A stretch of 64,000 nucleotides of DNA. Source: Acidobacteriota bacterium. Its GTDB lineage: Bacteria > Acidobacteriota > UBA890 > WLXD01. The stretch is from the NCBI GenBank assembly GCA_965248695.1, contig CBDFKD010000002.1, positions 1,792,001 through 1,856,000 on the forward strand, in the 5' to 3' direction. Shown piece by piece: positions 18,808 to 28,651 of this stretch. The notes beneath the pieces are model-generated. The model saw only the letters and a list, made by a program, of their open reading frames with translations, did no database searches and had not been told where the DNA came from. Each line of letters begins with the position of its first letter. The stretch's first letter is position 1. The translations under genes were made by a program, and so were the position numbers.

Positions 18808-19706
18808 GGCCGACGGCGCACGCCAACTTGCTGACCGTCGATGTGGAGGACTACTTCCACGCCACCGGATTGGGCGGCACGGAAACGCGGCACCTCTGGC
18901 ACACGCTTCCCGGGCGCGTCGAGTACAACACCCGCCGCCTGCTGCGCGTACTCGACCGGCACGGTGTTCGAGCTACGTTCTTCGTCCTCGGATGGGTCGC
19001 CAAGCGTTACCCGGCGCTCGTGCAGGAGATCCACACCACAGGGCACGAGATCGCGTCCCATGGCTGGGGCCACGAGCTTGTCTACCGGATGACGCCGGAG
19101 CAGTTCGAGCAGGATGTGGTGCGAGCCAAGCACACACTCGAGGACCTGATCGGCACCGAGGTGCTGGGTTACCGCGCTCCGAGCTTCAGCATCGTCGAGG
19201 CAAGTTGGTGGGCGCTCGACATCCTCGCAGCCAGCGGCTACCGCTACGACTCCAGCGTCTATCCGATCCGGCGCCAGCGCTACGGCGTGCCGACGGCGCC
19301 GCGCGAGATCCACCCAGTCGTGGACGCCGCCGCCGAGCACGACGGGCTCATCGAGGTACCACCACCGGCGGTGCGGCTGTTCGGACGCAACCTGCCAGTC
19401 GCGGGTGGCGGCTATCTACGTGCCTATCCCATGTGGCTCACCGAATGGGCAATCCGACGCATCAATGGTGTCGAGCAGCGACCCGCAGTCGTCTATCTGC
19501 ACCCCTGGGAGCTCGATCCGGACCAGCCCTTGATGGCCGCAACTCCGGTCAACCGCTTCCGGCACAACATCGGGCTCGGACGCAGCGAGGCGCGCCTGGA
19601 TCGCCTGCTGAAGGCCTTCGCGTTCATTTCCGTCGACGAGTTCTTGCGACTCGATCGCCGCCGCACAGCGGCCGACGTGGCGATCGCTGAAGCGGCATCA
19701 GCTTGA
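18804..19706 (+). CDS. XrtA-system-type polysaccharide deacetylase (DUF3473-containing)
   Basis: LTVDVEDYFH, ATFFVLGWVA, HEIASHGWGH, GYRAPSFS, GGGYLR, YLHPWELDPDQP. Confidence 0.9.
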   Translation: MRPTAHANLLTVDVEDYFHATGLGGTETRHLWHTLPGRVEYNTRRLLRVLDRHGVRATFFVLGWVAKRYPALVQEIHTTGHEIASHGWGHELVYRMTPEQFEQDVVRAKHTLEDLIGTEVLGYRAPSFSIVEASWWALDILAASGYRYDSSVYPIRRQRYGVPTAPREIHPVVDAAAEHDGLIEVPPPAVRLFGRNLPVAGGGYLRAYPMWLTEWAIRRINGVEQRPAVVYLHPWELDPDQPLMAATPVNRFRHNIGLGRSEARLDRLLKAFAFISVDEFLRLDRRRTAADVAIAEAASA

Positions 19707-19756
19707 GCTAGGCGCGCCGGTCAGGGCGCCTCCCGACATCTGTCTGCTAGCTGGCG

Positions 19757-20905
19757 CTACCTGCTTGCCAGCCGCCGCACATCGCGCATTCCTCGCCACA
19801 CCCGCCCGACTGCGTTCTTCCCGATGCCGTCGAAGCTGATCATCTCGCCGGCATCGTTGGATAGGTGGCGCTTGAAGTCGTAGTCACCGGCCATCAAGTC
19901 AAGCCGCCGCAGACCTCGCCCGGCGGCCATGTCCACCGCATGCAGAAGGATCAGGTTCCCGGGCGAGAGCTTCGATGAGGCTCGTGGATCGATGGCCGAG
20001 AGGTAATAGTACAGGGTGTCACCGGCTTCGATGTCGTAGTGCAGCGCGATCCAGCGATCCTCGTGCTTGAGGCCGAAGACCCAGAGGCGGTCCCGGGCAG
20101 CATAGTGGCGGATCATCGCCCGGTGGAATTCCCGGAACGAGGCGCTCGAACACGCGCCCGGCTCACCGCGGGCCTCCCAGTGAGACTGATGGAGCTGCAC
20201 CAGTTGGTCGAACATGCGCAGCGCTTCAGCGGCGGTTCGCGCCGCCACGACCCCGACTCCCGCTTGCTCGCCGCGACGCAGCCAGCGACGAAAACGCGCC
20301 CGACGACTGCTGGAATCGAGCCCGCCGAGGTAGTCGGCGAGCGGCGAGACGTTGACGACGCTGTTGTGGTGCTTGATAAGCGAGGACTCCAGCAGCAGCG
20401 GAGCAAGAAGCTTCTGCAGCTCGATCGCCGGCAGGGTGTCCGGACCCATGTACTGCAAGACGATCCGGTCCCAGGAATGGCGGTGCCGTCTCAGCGCCCG
20501 CGCCACCGCGTCGGTCACCATCGGGACGACTCGCTCACTGGCGAGCCAACCAAGGTTCTCGCCGCAAACTTCCTCGATCTCGGGCTCGCCGGTGCCGATG
20601 AAATGCACCGTTCGGAGCAAACCGCGCAGGCCCCGATCACGGCGACGTATGTACAACGGCGCCAAACCGACGAGCTTGCCTTCCTCGTGTACCCCGACAA
20701 CGAAAACATCTCCAAGGTGGCCCTGACGGGCCCACCATTCGCGAACCCACTCGATCTCCAGCATCGGCGACCGGCGATGTTGCTCCGCCCATAGCCGCGC
20801 CCAATCGATCGACAGAGAATCGATTGCCGAAGCATCCTGGAGGACAACGTAGGTCGCTCCGCCCGGCAGGCGATGATGGGTCAGGTCGGTTCTTGCCGCT
20901 GTCAT
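19757..20905 (-). CDS. GNAT-family (CelD/BcsL-like) acyltransferase
   Basis: LVGLAPL, FDQLVQLHQSHW, SPGNLILL, LDLMAGDYDFK. Confidence 0.78.
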   Translation of the reverse strand: MTAARTDLTHHRLPGGATYVVLQDASAIDSLSIDWARLWAEQHRRSPMLEIEWVREWWARQGHLGDVFVVGVHEEGKLVGLAPLYIRRRDRGLRGLLRTVHFIGTGEPEIEEVCGENLGWLASERVVPMVTDAVARALRRHRHSWDRIVLQYMGPDTLPAIELQKLLAPLLLESSLIKHHNSVVNVSPLADYLGGLDSSSRRARFRRWLRRGEQAGVGVVAARTAAEALRMFDQLVQLHQSHWEARGEPGACSSASFREFHRAMIRHYAARDRLWVFGLKHEDRWIALHYDIEAGDTLYYYLSAIDPRASSKLSPGNLILLHAVDMAAGRGLRRLDLMAGDYDFKRHLSNDAGEMISFDGIGKNAVGRVWRGMRDVRRLASR

Positions 20906-20914
20906 CCCACCACC

Positions 20915-22654
20915 TCAGCCGTAGGTGCCGGTAGGGGCCGATCCACGATGCTTCCATGAACCGGCGTCGAGGGATGCAATGAGCGCCTCCAGCATCCCCA
21001 TCGCTGCGCGGCGATCGTGGGTCGAGCTCATGTCATACGTAAGTCGGCGTGCCAGAGCGTGCACCGGCAGCATCGCCACCATGGCGTCCATCAACGCCGG
21101 GTCGAGCCGGAGCTGGGCCACGTAGTTTTCGAGCAGGGCCGACTCCCACGGCGTCCAGGCGCCGCTCAGCGTTACCTCGGAGAAGACCTGGCCGAATCCT
21201 TCGCCGCGGCGCAGCATGTGGTTGTAGGTCAGCAAGTAGAGGGGATCGATCAGCGGCAGGCCGCGGAGCTGCGACAGCTCCCAGTCGATCACGCCTGTCG
21301 GTCGACGCGTGGCCCGATCGACGACCACGTTCTCGATCTTGAAGTCGCCGTGCACCCAGACCGTGGGTATCGAGGTTCCCATGAGCATGGTTCGCACGTG
21401 CGCCTCTATGCGTTCCAGCATGGCTCGCGCCCGTTGGTGCCGCTGCACCGCCTCATGGAAGAAGCTCCCGCAAAGATCGTCCCACGCCGCCTCGTCCATC
21501 CGAAGATCTGCCCGACTGTGGCGATGCAGGTCAACGAGGAAGTCCGCGGCGGCGGTGCACACCGGCTCCAGGTCACGCACCGGCGCGTCGATGCAGAGGC
21601 CGCGCAACTCCTCGATGACAACGAACGAGGTGTCGAGGAACTCTCCGGTACCGAGCCATCGCGGCACACGCATGCGGAGTGCGTCTGGGAGGCGACGAGC
21701 CTGCTTCAGGATGAGTGCCTCGTGGCGACGCTGACGCGCGCCAGCCTCGGTGCGCGGCACGACCACGACGCGGTCGCCGTGCGCCCCGCTGTCTCCGCCC
21801 AGAGAAAGGATGATCTTGTCGGCCAGCACCACGTAACGCTTGACGGCGGACGGCGAGCTGACCCCATCGACTTGCTCGTCACAGTGTTCGACCAGGGCCT
21901 CGAAGAGGCTGGCGCGCGAATCTCCTTTGAACGCCAGCACGCCGTACTCCGGAGCACACACACGACTCCCCAGGCGGCCCAACAGCAGTTCGCGAAGCTG
22001 TTCTGCGTAACCACCCACATCGGTGAACGACCGATATCCCGATGGCATCAGTACCTGCACCACCTGGCGGTCGTTCCAGGTGAGCAACGGGAAGACGCGC
22101 CCGTGACGATAGCCGGCGCGGCGTACCAGCCGTCCCAGCGGGGCCGCCCCGGCCGTACACAAAGTGCTGTCGGGTCGGTCGTCACCCGACCACATTCCGT
22201 TGTACGCCAGCACGTTGGCGGCTGACGCGAAGATGAAGCCGTCGTCCGTCAAGGCGCCGTGCGCGTCACGCAGGATAGCCTTCAGCTGGCGCCTCGGGAC
22301 TGGCGCCGGAGGGTCACCTGCGCGGCCGCTTGCGCCCCCCACCGTCATCACCAGACCGTCCAACGGCTCAGAGCCCGGGCACCATTCGCCGACTGGCTCC
22401 ACGATCCTGACATTGGTACAGCCAGCCGCCTCCACCTGCGCCCGGATATCGGCCGCGGCCGCGGACACGAGCGGCACGGCAACAACCTCATGGCACAGGT
22501 TGGACAGCGCCAGCGTAGTACGCGCCGCGGCACCGTCAACGCACGCAACACGGCCGTGGGTACCGACCGGCAACAGGTACTTCCAGCCATCGTGGCTACG
22601 AGCGTGATACAGCCGCGAGGTGGTACCAGGTGAGCGCGCGCTATCGGATTGCAC
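20915..22654 (-). CDS. APH-like phosphotransferase with degenerate N-terminal methyltransferase-like domain
   Basis: HGDFKIENV and GVIDWE kinase motifs; Rossmann-like N-terminus (RVACVDGAAA..LALSNLCHEVVAV; ILRDAHGALTDDGFIF). Confidence 0.7.
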   Translation of the reverse strand: MQSDSARSPGTTSRLYHARSHDGWKYLLPVGTHGRVACVDGAAARTTLALSNLCHEVVAVPLVSAAAADIRAQVEAAGCTNVRIVEPVGEWCPGSEPLDGLVMTVGGASGRAGDPPAPVPRRQLKAILRDAHGALTDDGFIFASAANVLAYNGMWSGDDRPDSTLCTAGAAPLGRLVRRAGYRHGRVFPLLTWNDRQVVQVLMPSGYRSFTDVGGYAEQLRELLLGRLGSRVCAPEYGVLAFKGDSRASLFEALVEHCDEQVDGVSSPSAVKRYVVLADKIILSLGGDSGAHGDRVVVVPRTEAGARQRRHEALILKQARRLPDALRMRVPRWLGTGEFLDTSFVVIEELRGLCIDAPVRDLEPVCTAAADFLVDLHRHSRADLRMDEAAWDDLCGSFFHEAVQRHQRARAMLERIEAHVRTMLMGTSIPTVWVHGDFKIENVVVDRATRRPTGVIDWELSQLRGLPLIDPLYLLTYNHMLRRGEGFGQVFSEVTLSGAWTPWESALLENYVAQLRLDPALMDAMVAMLPVHALARRLTYDMSSTHDRRAAMGMLEALIASLDAGSWKHRGSAPTGTYG

Positions 22655-22701
22655 TTGAATTCATTCTCCGCAGAAAAATCGCTATCTGTCGACTGAGCCA
22701 A

Positions 22702-23952
22702 TCAGTAGTAGAGGGCCGCGAAGATCTTCACGGCGAGAAGGAACCCCACAACAGCAAGACCGACGACGAACGCCTCGCGGCGGCCGAGCCCCACCGGTTC
22801 CTCGAGCTGGTTGCCGACGGCGGCGGTCATGCCGATCATGAAGTAAAGGGTCTCGTACTCGAGGGTGACGAACATCGCGCTCACCAGGTAACCCGCCAGA
22901 CTGATAGCCAGAGCAATGGTGTAGGAGCGATCGACCGGGTCTTCGCTCTGACGGTGGAACACGCGCAGCGTCTTGAACGAGATGAACAGGAGCGCCACCC
23001 AGAGGAAGATGCCCGGCAATCCGGTCTCGCCCGCCAGCTCGAGGGCAGAATTGTGCGCAATAAGACGGCCGGTGTACGCCTCGTAGTGGCCGCGACCGAT
23101 CCCGAAGACCGGGTAGTAACGCACCATCTCGACGCCCTGCATCCACATGTCGACCCGGTGCTGGGCCGATCGATTCTCGTCGTACATCTTCGTCATGTAG
23201 GCGGGGGCGGCGACGAAGAGGCTGAAGAGCAGTACCCCGACCACGATCAGCTTGGTCATGGAAACCCGCGTCCGCGCGCCGTAGTGCATTCCCAGGACCG
23301 CCAGCGTGGCGAGAAAGCCACCGCGGCTCCCGGTGTAGTAGATCGCCAGCATCAGTGGGCCGAGGAGGCCCATCGCCAGCAGACGCCAACCGAACGCGAA
23401 CGGCTTGCCGAGATACTGCAGGACGAACGGAAGCGCGAGCGTGAACACCACGCAGAAGACGCCAGGTCCGTCGAAGATGCTTACCCACCGTGTGCGCCCG
23501 GGAACGCCGGTCTCGAGCGCCTCGGCGGAGATCCAGCCGAGCTCTTGCCCCGCCCAGCCCGTCAGCGTGGGGCTGTTCATGTGCTGTATCGACTCCGCCG
23601 CAAGTACGGCAGCGAACAGGATCAACAGCACGCCGGCGCGACGAACGTGGCTCATGCTGGGCAGGCTGGCGCTGACCAGTTTGTAGAGCACCAGCCACTT
23701 GGCGTACATGTACAGGTACCAGTAGTCGATGCCCGAGCTGGCGTTGGCATAGGCCGAGACGAACACCCAGGTCACGAACATCGCCAGCAGCGCGTCCTGC
23801 GCCGTGAACTTGAGCAAGTGTCGGCCGCGTCCGGTGACCAGCAGCGCTGCCAACCAGATCGGATACAGAATGTAGTCCACCGGCAGCCCGACGAGGGGCG
23901 CCACCCAGTCCTGAGGCGCGATCATCAGCAGGGTGAGGTAGGTAGTGATCAT
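22702..23952 (-). CDS. O-antigen ligase/polymerase (Wzy-like)
   Basis: Polytopic; YTGSRGGFL, SAQHRVDMW, PVFGIG, AHNSALELAGETGLPG. Confidence 0.85.
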   Translation of the reverse strand: MITTYLTLLMIAPQDWVAPLVGLPVDYILYPIWLAALLVTGRGRHLLKFTAQDALLAMFVTWVFVSAYANASSGIDYWYLYMYAKWLVLYKLVSASLPSMSHVRRAGVLLILFAAVLAAESIQHMNSPTLTGWAGQELGWISAEALETGVPGRTRWVSIFDGPGVFCVVFTLALPFVLQYLGKPFAFGWRLLAMGLLGPLMLAIYYTGSRGGFLATLAVLGMHYGARTRVSMTKLIVVGVLLFSLFVAAPAYMTKMYDENRSAQHRVDMWMQGVEMVRYYPVFGIGRGHYEAYTGRLIAHNSALELAGETGLPGIFLWVALLFISFKTLRVFHRQSEDPVDRSYTIALAISLAGYLVSAMFVTLEYETLYFMIGMTAAVGNQLEEPVGLGRREAFVVGLAVVGFLLAVKIFAALYY

Positions 23953-23954
23953 CG

Positions 23955-25121
23955 CTACCTCGTCGGCGTCGTCGCGGTACCGGCCCGCGGCGCCAGCGCA
24001 GCAGCACGATGCGGCCGGTCAGCCGCGCGCAGTAACTCACAATAGAGTCCACGCCACAGCGTCGCGACGCGGTCCCAGCGCAGCGACTCGACCGAAGCTC
24101 GAGCCGCCGCCGCCAGCCGCCGCGCTGCGCTGGGATGGTCGGCCAGGAAACAGAGATGGTCGGCCAGAGCCTGGACATCCCCGAGCGGGGCGAGCCTGCC
24201 GCTCTCGCCGTCGCGCAGCAGCCAGGGGATTCCCCCGACATCGGTACTCACTACCGGCAAGCCCGAGGACATCGCTTCGAGGATCGATCCGGGGAAGTTG
24301 TCGAAGCGCGAGGTGTTGATCAGCATTCCGGCCCGGGCGAAGAGAGCGGGCATCTCGGCGTTGGGGATATTGCCAACGAACTCGACCTTGTCAGCAATGT
24401 CGAGCGCCGCAGCAAGCTGTTCGAGCTCCTGTCGCTCGGGGCCGTCACCGGCCAGCACCAGACGCGCGCTCGTCCGATTTGCTGCGAAAAGCGCGAAGGC
24501 CCGCAGCGTGCTGGCGGGATCGTACTTGCGGAAGAGATTGCGGCAGCTGAGCACTACCGGGACGACCACCTCGCGCTCGACGTAGTCAAAGGCATCGACG
24601 TCGAGGGGGTTCGGAATCACTCTGGTGATGTGACCACGACGGGCGAAGACTTCTTCCAGGAACCCCGAGGGCACCACCACGACGTCGGCAGCGCGCATGA
24701 CAGCATCGAATGCACGCGGGTGGCGGGTCGCGAAGGCGTCCGCGTCACCGCTGTGGTAGTGGACGATCACCGGTCGAGCGCAAATACGGGACAACCCGAC
24801 TGCGGTCAAGGTGTGCAGAAAGAACCCGAGCCCGGAGCAGGCGAAGATGTGCACCACGTCAGCACCCGGGATCTGCCGGCACCCGGCCAGGAAGTGGGCC
24901 CACTGGATCAGGCCGCGAACGTAGCGTACGCGTGCCAGCCTGCGCAGCGGCATGTTGGTGCGAACTCGGCGGACGACGACGCCTTCGGCCTCCAGTTTCT
25001 GCGCCACCAGCTCTGCCTGGACGGTCATGCTGCCAGCCGGCGGCGGAAACTCGGCAACCAGCGCCAGTCGCAACGGCGCCGCGACCGATCCTTCGTTGCC
25101 CGAGTCGTCGTTCAGGCGCAT
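23955..25121 (-). CDS. Glycosyltransferase family 4
   Basis: AGDGPER, SRFDNFPGSILEAMSSGLPVVSTDVGGIP. Confidence 0.9.
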   Translation of the reverse strand: MRLNDDSGNEGSVAAPLRLALVAEFPPPAGSMTVQAELVAQKLEAEGVVVRRVRTNMPLRRLARVRYVRGLIQWAHFLAGCRQIPGADVVHIFACSGLGFFLHTLTAVGLSRICARPVIVHYHSGDADAFATRHPRAFDAVMRAADVVVVPSGFLEEVFARRGHITRVIPNPLDVDAFDYVEREVVVPVVLSCRNLFRKYDPASTLRAFALFAANRTSARLVLAGDGPERQELEQLAAALDIADKVEFVGNIPNAEMPALFARAGMLINTSRFDNFPGSILEAMSSGLPVVSTDVGGIPWLLRDGESGRLAPLGDVQALADHLCFLADHPSAARRLAAAARASVESLRWDRVATLWRGLYCELLRAADRPHRAAALAPRAGTATTPTR

Positions 25122-25819
25122 CGCCGGTCCCCGCCGTCAGCAGTCGGCGCGTCGGCCTCCAGTGCGCTCGGCCGTTCTCGGCCGAGCAAGGGCACGAGGC
25201 AAAACCCGAGTTCGCGGATGTCGCGCACCAAACGCGGCAACGCCTCGACGGTCCAGGCGTAGTCCTCGTGCAATAGCACGATGGACCGGCTCCGCAGCGG
25301 CCCGCCGAGAACGGCGGCCACGACCTGATCCGGATCGTTCAGCCAGCTGTCGGTACTGTCTACCGTCCACAGAACGAGGCGGTGTCCTGCGCGTCGCAGC
25401 GCCACCAGCTCGCGCAGCCCGACCCCACCGTATGGCGGACGAAACAGCCGCGGAAGGGCGCTGCCGACAATCTGTTCGAGCACGTCATGACCGCGCTCGA
25501 CGTTGACCATGAACTCGTCGTGTGAGATCTCGCTCAGACGGAGATGTCGGTAGCCGTGGTTGGCCACGTCGTGACCCTGCTGGCGCGCCGCACGGATGAG
25601 CTCGGGCATCCTCTCGGCCTGGTGGCCGGTGAAGAAGAACGTGGCCAAGAGGTCGTTGCGCGCCAGGATGTCGAGGATCTGCGGGGTGTGCTCACGATGC
25701 GGCCCGTCGTCGAATGTCAGGCATACTCGGGCATCGCGGCTGGCGGGCAGGCGAGAGATGACCTGCCTTGGCAACATCGTCCGGGCGACGGCACGCCCCA
25801 GATATCCGAGCAGCCTCAC
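25112..25819 (-). CDS. NodB-type (CE4) polysaccharide deacetylase
   Basis: LTFDDGP, NHGYRH, FRPPYG, DSTDS, IVLLHE. Confidence 0.9.
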   Translation of the reverse strand: MRLLGYLGRAVARTMLPRQVISRLPASRDARVCLTFDDGPHREHTPQILDILARNDLLATFFFTGHQAERMPELIRAARQQGHDVANHGYRHLRLSEISHDEFMVNVERGHDVLEQIVGSALPRLFRPPYGGVGLRELVALRRAGHRLVLWTVDSTDSWLNDPDQVVAAVLGGPLRSRSIVLLHEDYAWTVEALPRLVRDIRELGFCLVPLLGRERPSALEADAPTADGGDRRCA

Positions 25820-27162
25820 GAGCCGCCCCTTGTTTCACTGAGGGAGGCGCTCCCAGGGTCGCCGTCAGGGGCTGACCGGGCGGATGCATGCTCGTATGCG
25901 CCAGCATCGATCCCCGCTCCGTTCGGGCGGGCCGTGCCGGTGATATCCGTCACCGGAGCGACGATGCCCTGCAGTGCCAAAACGCCGGAGTCGATCGCCG
26001 GAGACCCCGCTTTCAGTCGATAGTCGCGCCGACGAGCTCGACGGTAGACTTTCTTGTCGGTCGATTTCTTCGAAGCGCCACCGTGGCCGGCAGCCCGCCA
26101 GTTCGCCAGCGGAATCACGGTTGCCTCACCGTCGAGTGAGAACACGTTGCCGACGATGTTGTAGTTGCTGGAGAAACCGGCGTGCTCGACTGCAACGCTA
26201 CCCACGTCTGACAGGAGCACATTGTTGAAGAGCGTGTGACCGCCGTCGTCCTGAGTCAGCTTGACGGCCCAGCCACCGTTGGCCGAGAAGCTGTTGTTGA
26301 CGATCACCAGGTCGGCAGGCCCGGCGGCGGAATCGATGGCAAACGCACGCAGCCCATGACGGACGTTCCGGTAGATGACGTTGTTGCGCAACGTCGACTC
26401 GCGCACGCCGTCCATATCGAGTCCGTTCTGGCCGTTGTCGTGCAGCAGGTTGGCCTCGATGACGAGACCAGTGTGGACCCCGTCACCGCCGAAGCGCGCG
26501 TCACCGTTGAAGTGGATGCCGTTGAGGTGATTGTCGTAGCAGTCGTTGCCCCGCAACACCGTGTCGTCGGAGCCGGCGTTGGTCAGATAGATGCCGTGCG
26601 CATCGACCGAGTCGTACGCCACGTTGCCCTCGATCAGCGCGTCGCGCGCGTGCGACAGATAGATGTTCGTCTGGTCGGCTCCGTAGACGGTGTTGTTCAG
26701 AATCTCGAGCCCGCGACTGGGCTTGTTGGCCGACGAATCGTGGCTGCCGATGCCGCGCTTCATTCCTCGCGCATCGATCTCGAAGCCTTCGATGGTCACG
26801 TAGGAAGTACGCGACAGGTAGATCCCCTCGTTACTCTCCGCTTCGGTGCCGGTGATGCGCGCCCCCGGCATTCCGACGATCGTGATGCGCTTCTTGGAGG
26901 TCCCCCGCCTGGTCACCCGAAAGCCGTCGTAGTCGCCCGGGAACACCACCACCGTGCGGCCTTTCCGGGCCTTGTCAACGGCATCTTGAATGGTGGAGAA
27001 CTCCTGGGTGTCGCCGGCCACGACATCCACACACAGGGTGTCTGCCCGACCGCAATCGACGCTCGTCGCGACCAGAGCGGCCGGACGCGCGAGCGCCGCG
27101 ACCAGCACCACAGCGAGCGCCAGTCGCAGTCCGTTCCGCGGTGCGCTCGTGCACGCACTCAT
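25816..27162 (-). CDS. Secreted right-handed parallel beta-helix protein
   Basis: Signal peptide; TIQDAVD; repeated xxxGNxxxDN..GI rungs; C-terminal DYRLKAGSPAIDSG..DITGTAR..IDAGAYE; SD AAGGAG before ATG 27162. Confidence 0.82.
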   Translation of the reverse strand: MSACTSAPRNGLRLALAVVLVAALARPAALVATSVDCGRADTLCVDVVAGDTQEFSTIQDAVDKARKGRTVVVFPGDYDGFRVTRRGTSKKRITIVGMPGARITGTEAESNEGIYLSRTSYVTIEGFEIDARGMKRGIGSHDSSANKPSRGLEILNNTVYGADQTNIYLSHARDALIEGNVAYDSVDAHGIYLTNAGSDDTVLRGNDCYDNHLNGIHFNGDARFGGDGVHTGLVIEANLLHDNGQNGLDMDGVRESTLRNNVIYRNVRHGLRAFAIDSAAGPADLVIVNNSFSANGGWAVKLTQDDGGHTLFNNVLLSDVGSVAVEHAGFSSNYNIVGNVFSLDGEATVIPLANWRAAGHGGASKKSTDKKVYRRARRRDYRLKAGSPAIDSGVLALQGIVAPVTDITGTARPNGAGIDAGAYEHASARSAPDGDPGSASLSETRGGS

Positions 27163-27343
27163 GGCGCATTTCTCCTTTGCCGACGGGCTGATATTGGGGT
27201 TCCCCTGCATCCAATGTACCCGCCGCGCAGGGCCCGAAAGAAGCCAAAACGGGTCCATGGGAGAATCGGGGCGGGAGCCGCGTGCCGTTCTACGGTGCGG
27301 CCAATCCGCGATGCGGCGAAACGCCCGCGAGAGCGGCGCGGGT

Positions 27344-28651
27344 TCAACCGCCGACGCTGGTCAGCGCCCCGGCGTCAGGCGCCCGGCCGGCCACACGGCG
27401 CCGGCCCGCGAGGTCGTATTGCGGAGCTCGCCGACCGTTCAGACTGTGCACCCCCAGCCCGCGCGCGGGCGAGGCGGGGCGTAGCCGGAAGTCGTCGTTC
27501 GCCGGAGCCGTGAACAGCTCGGCCGCCACCAGCCGGCGAGATCCGGTGTCGTAGCCGGCCCGCTGCCACCCTTCGAGGCCAACCGTGGTTTCCTCCCCGT
27601 CGAACGAGAATTCCGAGACCACCACGTTGGCGTTGCTGGCCAGATTCCGATGTCCGACCGCAATGCTCCCGGTGAGCGACAACAGGATGTTGTTGAACAC
27701 CGTGTGCCCGCCGTCGTCGTCAGTCAGCTTCAGCGCCCATCCACCGTTACCGACGAACGTGTTGTTGACGATCACCAGCCCGGCGGGGCCGGCATCGGCA
27801 TCGATCGCGTAGCCACGCATGGCATGCCGGCGGTTGGCGAACACGAGGTTGTTGCGCACCTCGGACTCGCGCACACCGTCCATGTTGAGTCCACTCTGAC
27901 CGTTGTGGTGCAGGATGTTGCCGTCGATCAGGAGACCTGTCTGGACACCGTCTCCACCGAACCGTCCGTCACCGTTGAAATGAATGCCGTTGAGGTGGTT
28001 GTGGTGGGCATTGTTGCCGCGTAGCACGGTGTTGTCAGAGCCAGCGTTGGTCAGATAGATGCCGTGCGCGGTACGCGACCCGCTGGTGACGTTGCCCTCG
28101 ACGATCGAGTCGGCAACATGGGACAGATATATGTTCACGTCGTCGGAGTCACTAACCACGTTGTTGCGAATCTCCAGACCACGCGTTGGCCGGTCGGCGC
28201 TCGCGTCTCGGGCCCCGATACCGAAGCCACGCGCACCCCGACGTTCGACCACAAAGCCCTCGAGGGTCACGTAGCTGGCGTTGGCCAAATAGATACTCTC
28301 CTCCAGACCCGGGGCGGCGCTCACCACGCGGGCTCCGCTGCCGGCAGCAACGATCCGTAGCTGCTGGCCAGCGTTGCCACCGCGGCTGATCCGAAAGCCG
28401 CTGTAATCGCCGTCGAAGACCAAAACGGTGTCCCCCGGACGGGCACGATCAACCGCCGACTGGATATCGTGGTACTCGACGCCGCTGCGGGTGCTGTCAA
28501 CGCACAGCACCTCCACCGGTGCACAGGCTCGCGCAGCATCGGTTTGGGGCAGACGCATCGCCCCGATCCCGGTCGAGACCATGGCGACGACCGACAGGAC
28601 CACCGACCACAGCTTCGGAGCGGTCGGGCTCGAACACCTGCTAGGAGGCAC
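27344..28651 (-). CDS. Secreted right-handed parallel beta-helix protein (paralog)
   Basis: DIQSAVDRARPGDTV; same rungs as the downstream gene; DFRLRPASPA..DLAGRRR..PDAGA; SD GGAGG before GTG 28651. Confidence 0.82.
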   Translation of the reverse strand: MPPSRCSSPTAPKLWSVVLSVVAMVSTGIGAMRLPQTDAARACAPVEVLCVDSTRSGVEYHDIQSAVDRARPGDTVLVFDGDYSGFRISRGGNAGQQLRIVAAGSGARVVSAAPGLEESIYLANASYVTLEGFVVERRGARGFGIGARDASADRPTRGLEIRNNVVSDSDDVNIYLSHVADSIVEGNVTSGSRTAHGIYLTNAGSDNTVLRGNNAHHNHLNGIHFNGDGRFGGDGVQTGLLIDGNILHHNGQSGLNMDGVRESEVRNNLVFANRRHAMRGYAIDADAGPAGLVIVNNTFVGNGGWALKLTDDDGGHTVFNNILLSLTGSIAVGHRNLASNANVVVSEFSFDGEETTVGLEGWQRAGYDTGSRRLVAAELFTAPANDDFRLRPASPARGLGVHSLNGRRAPQYDLAGRRRVAGRAPDAGALTSVGG

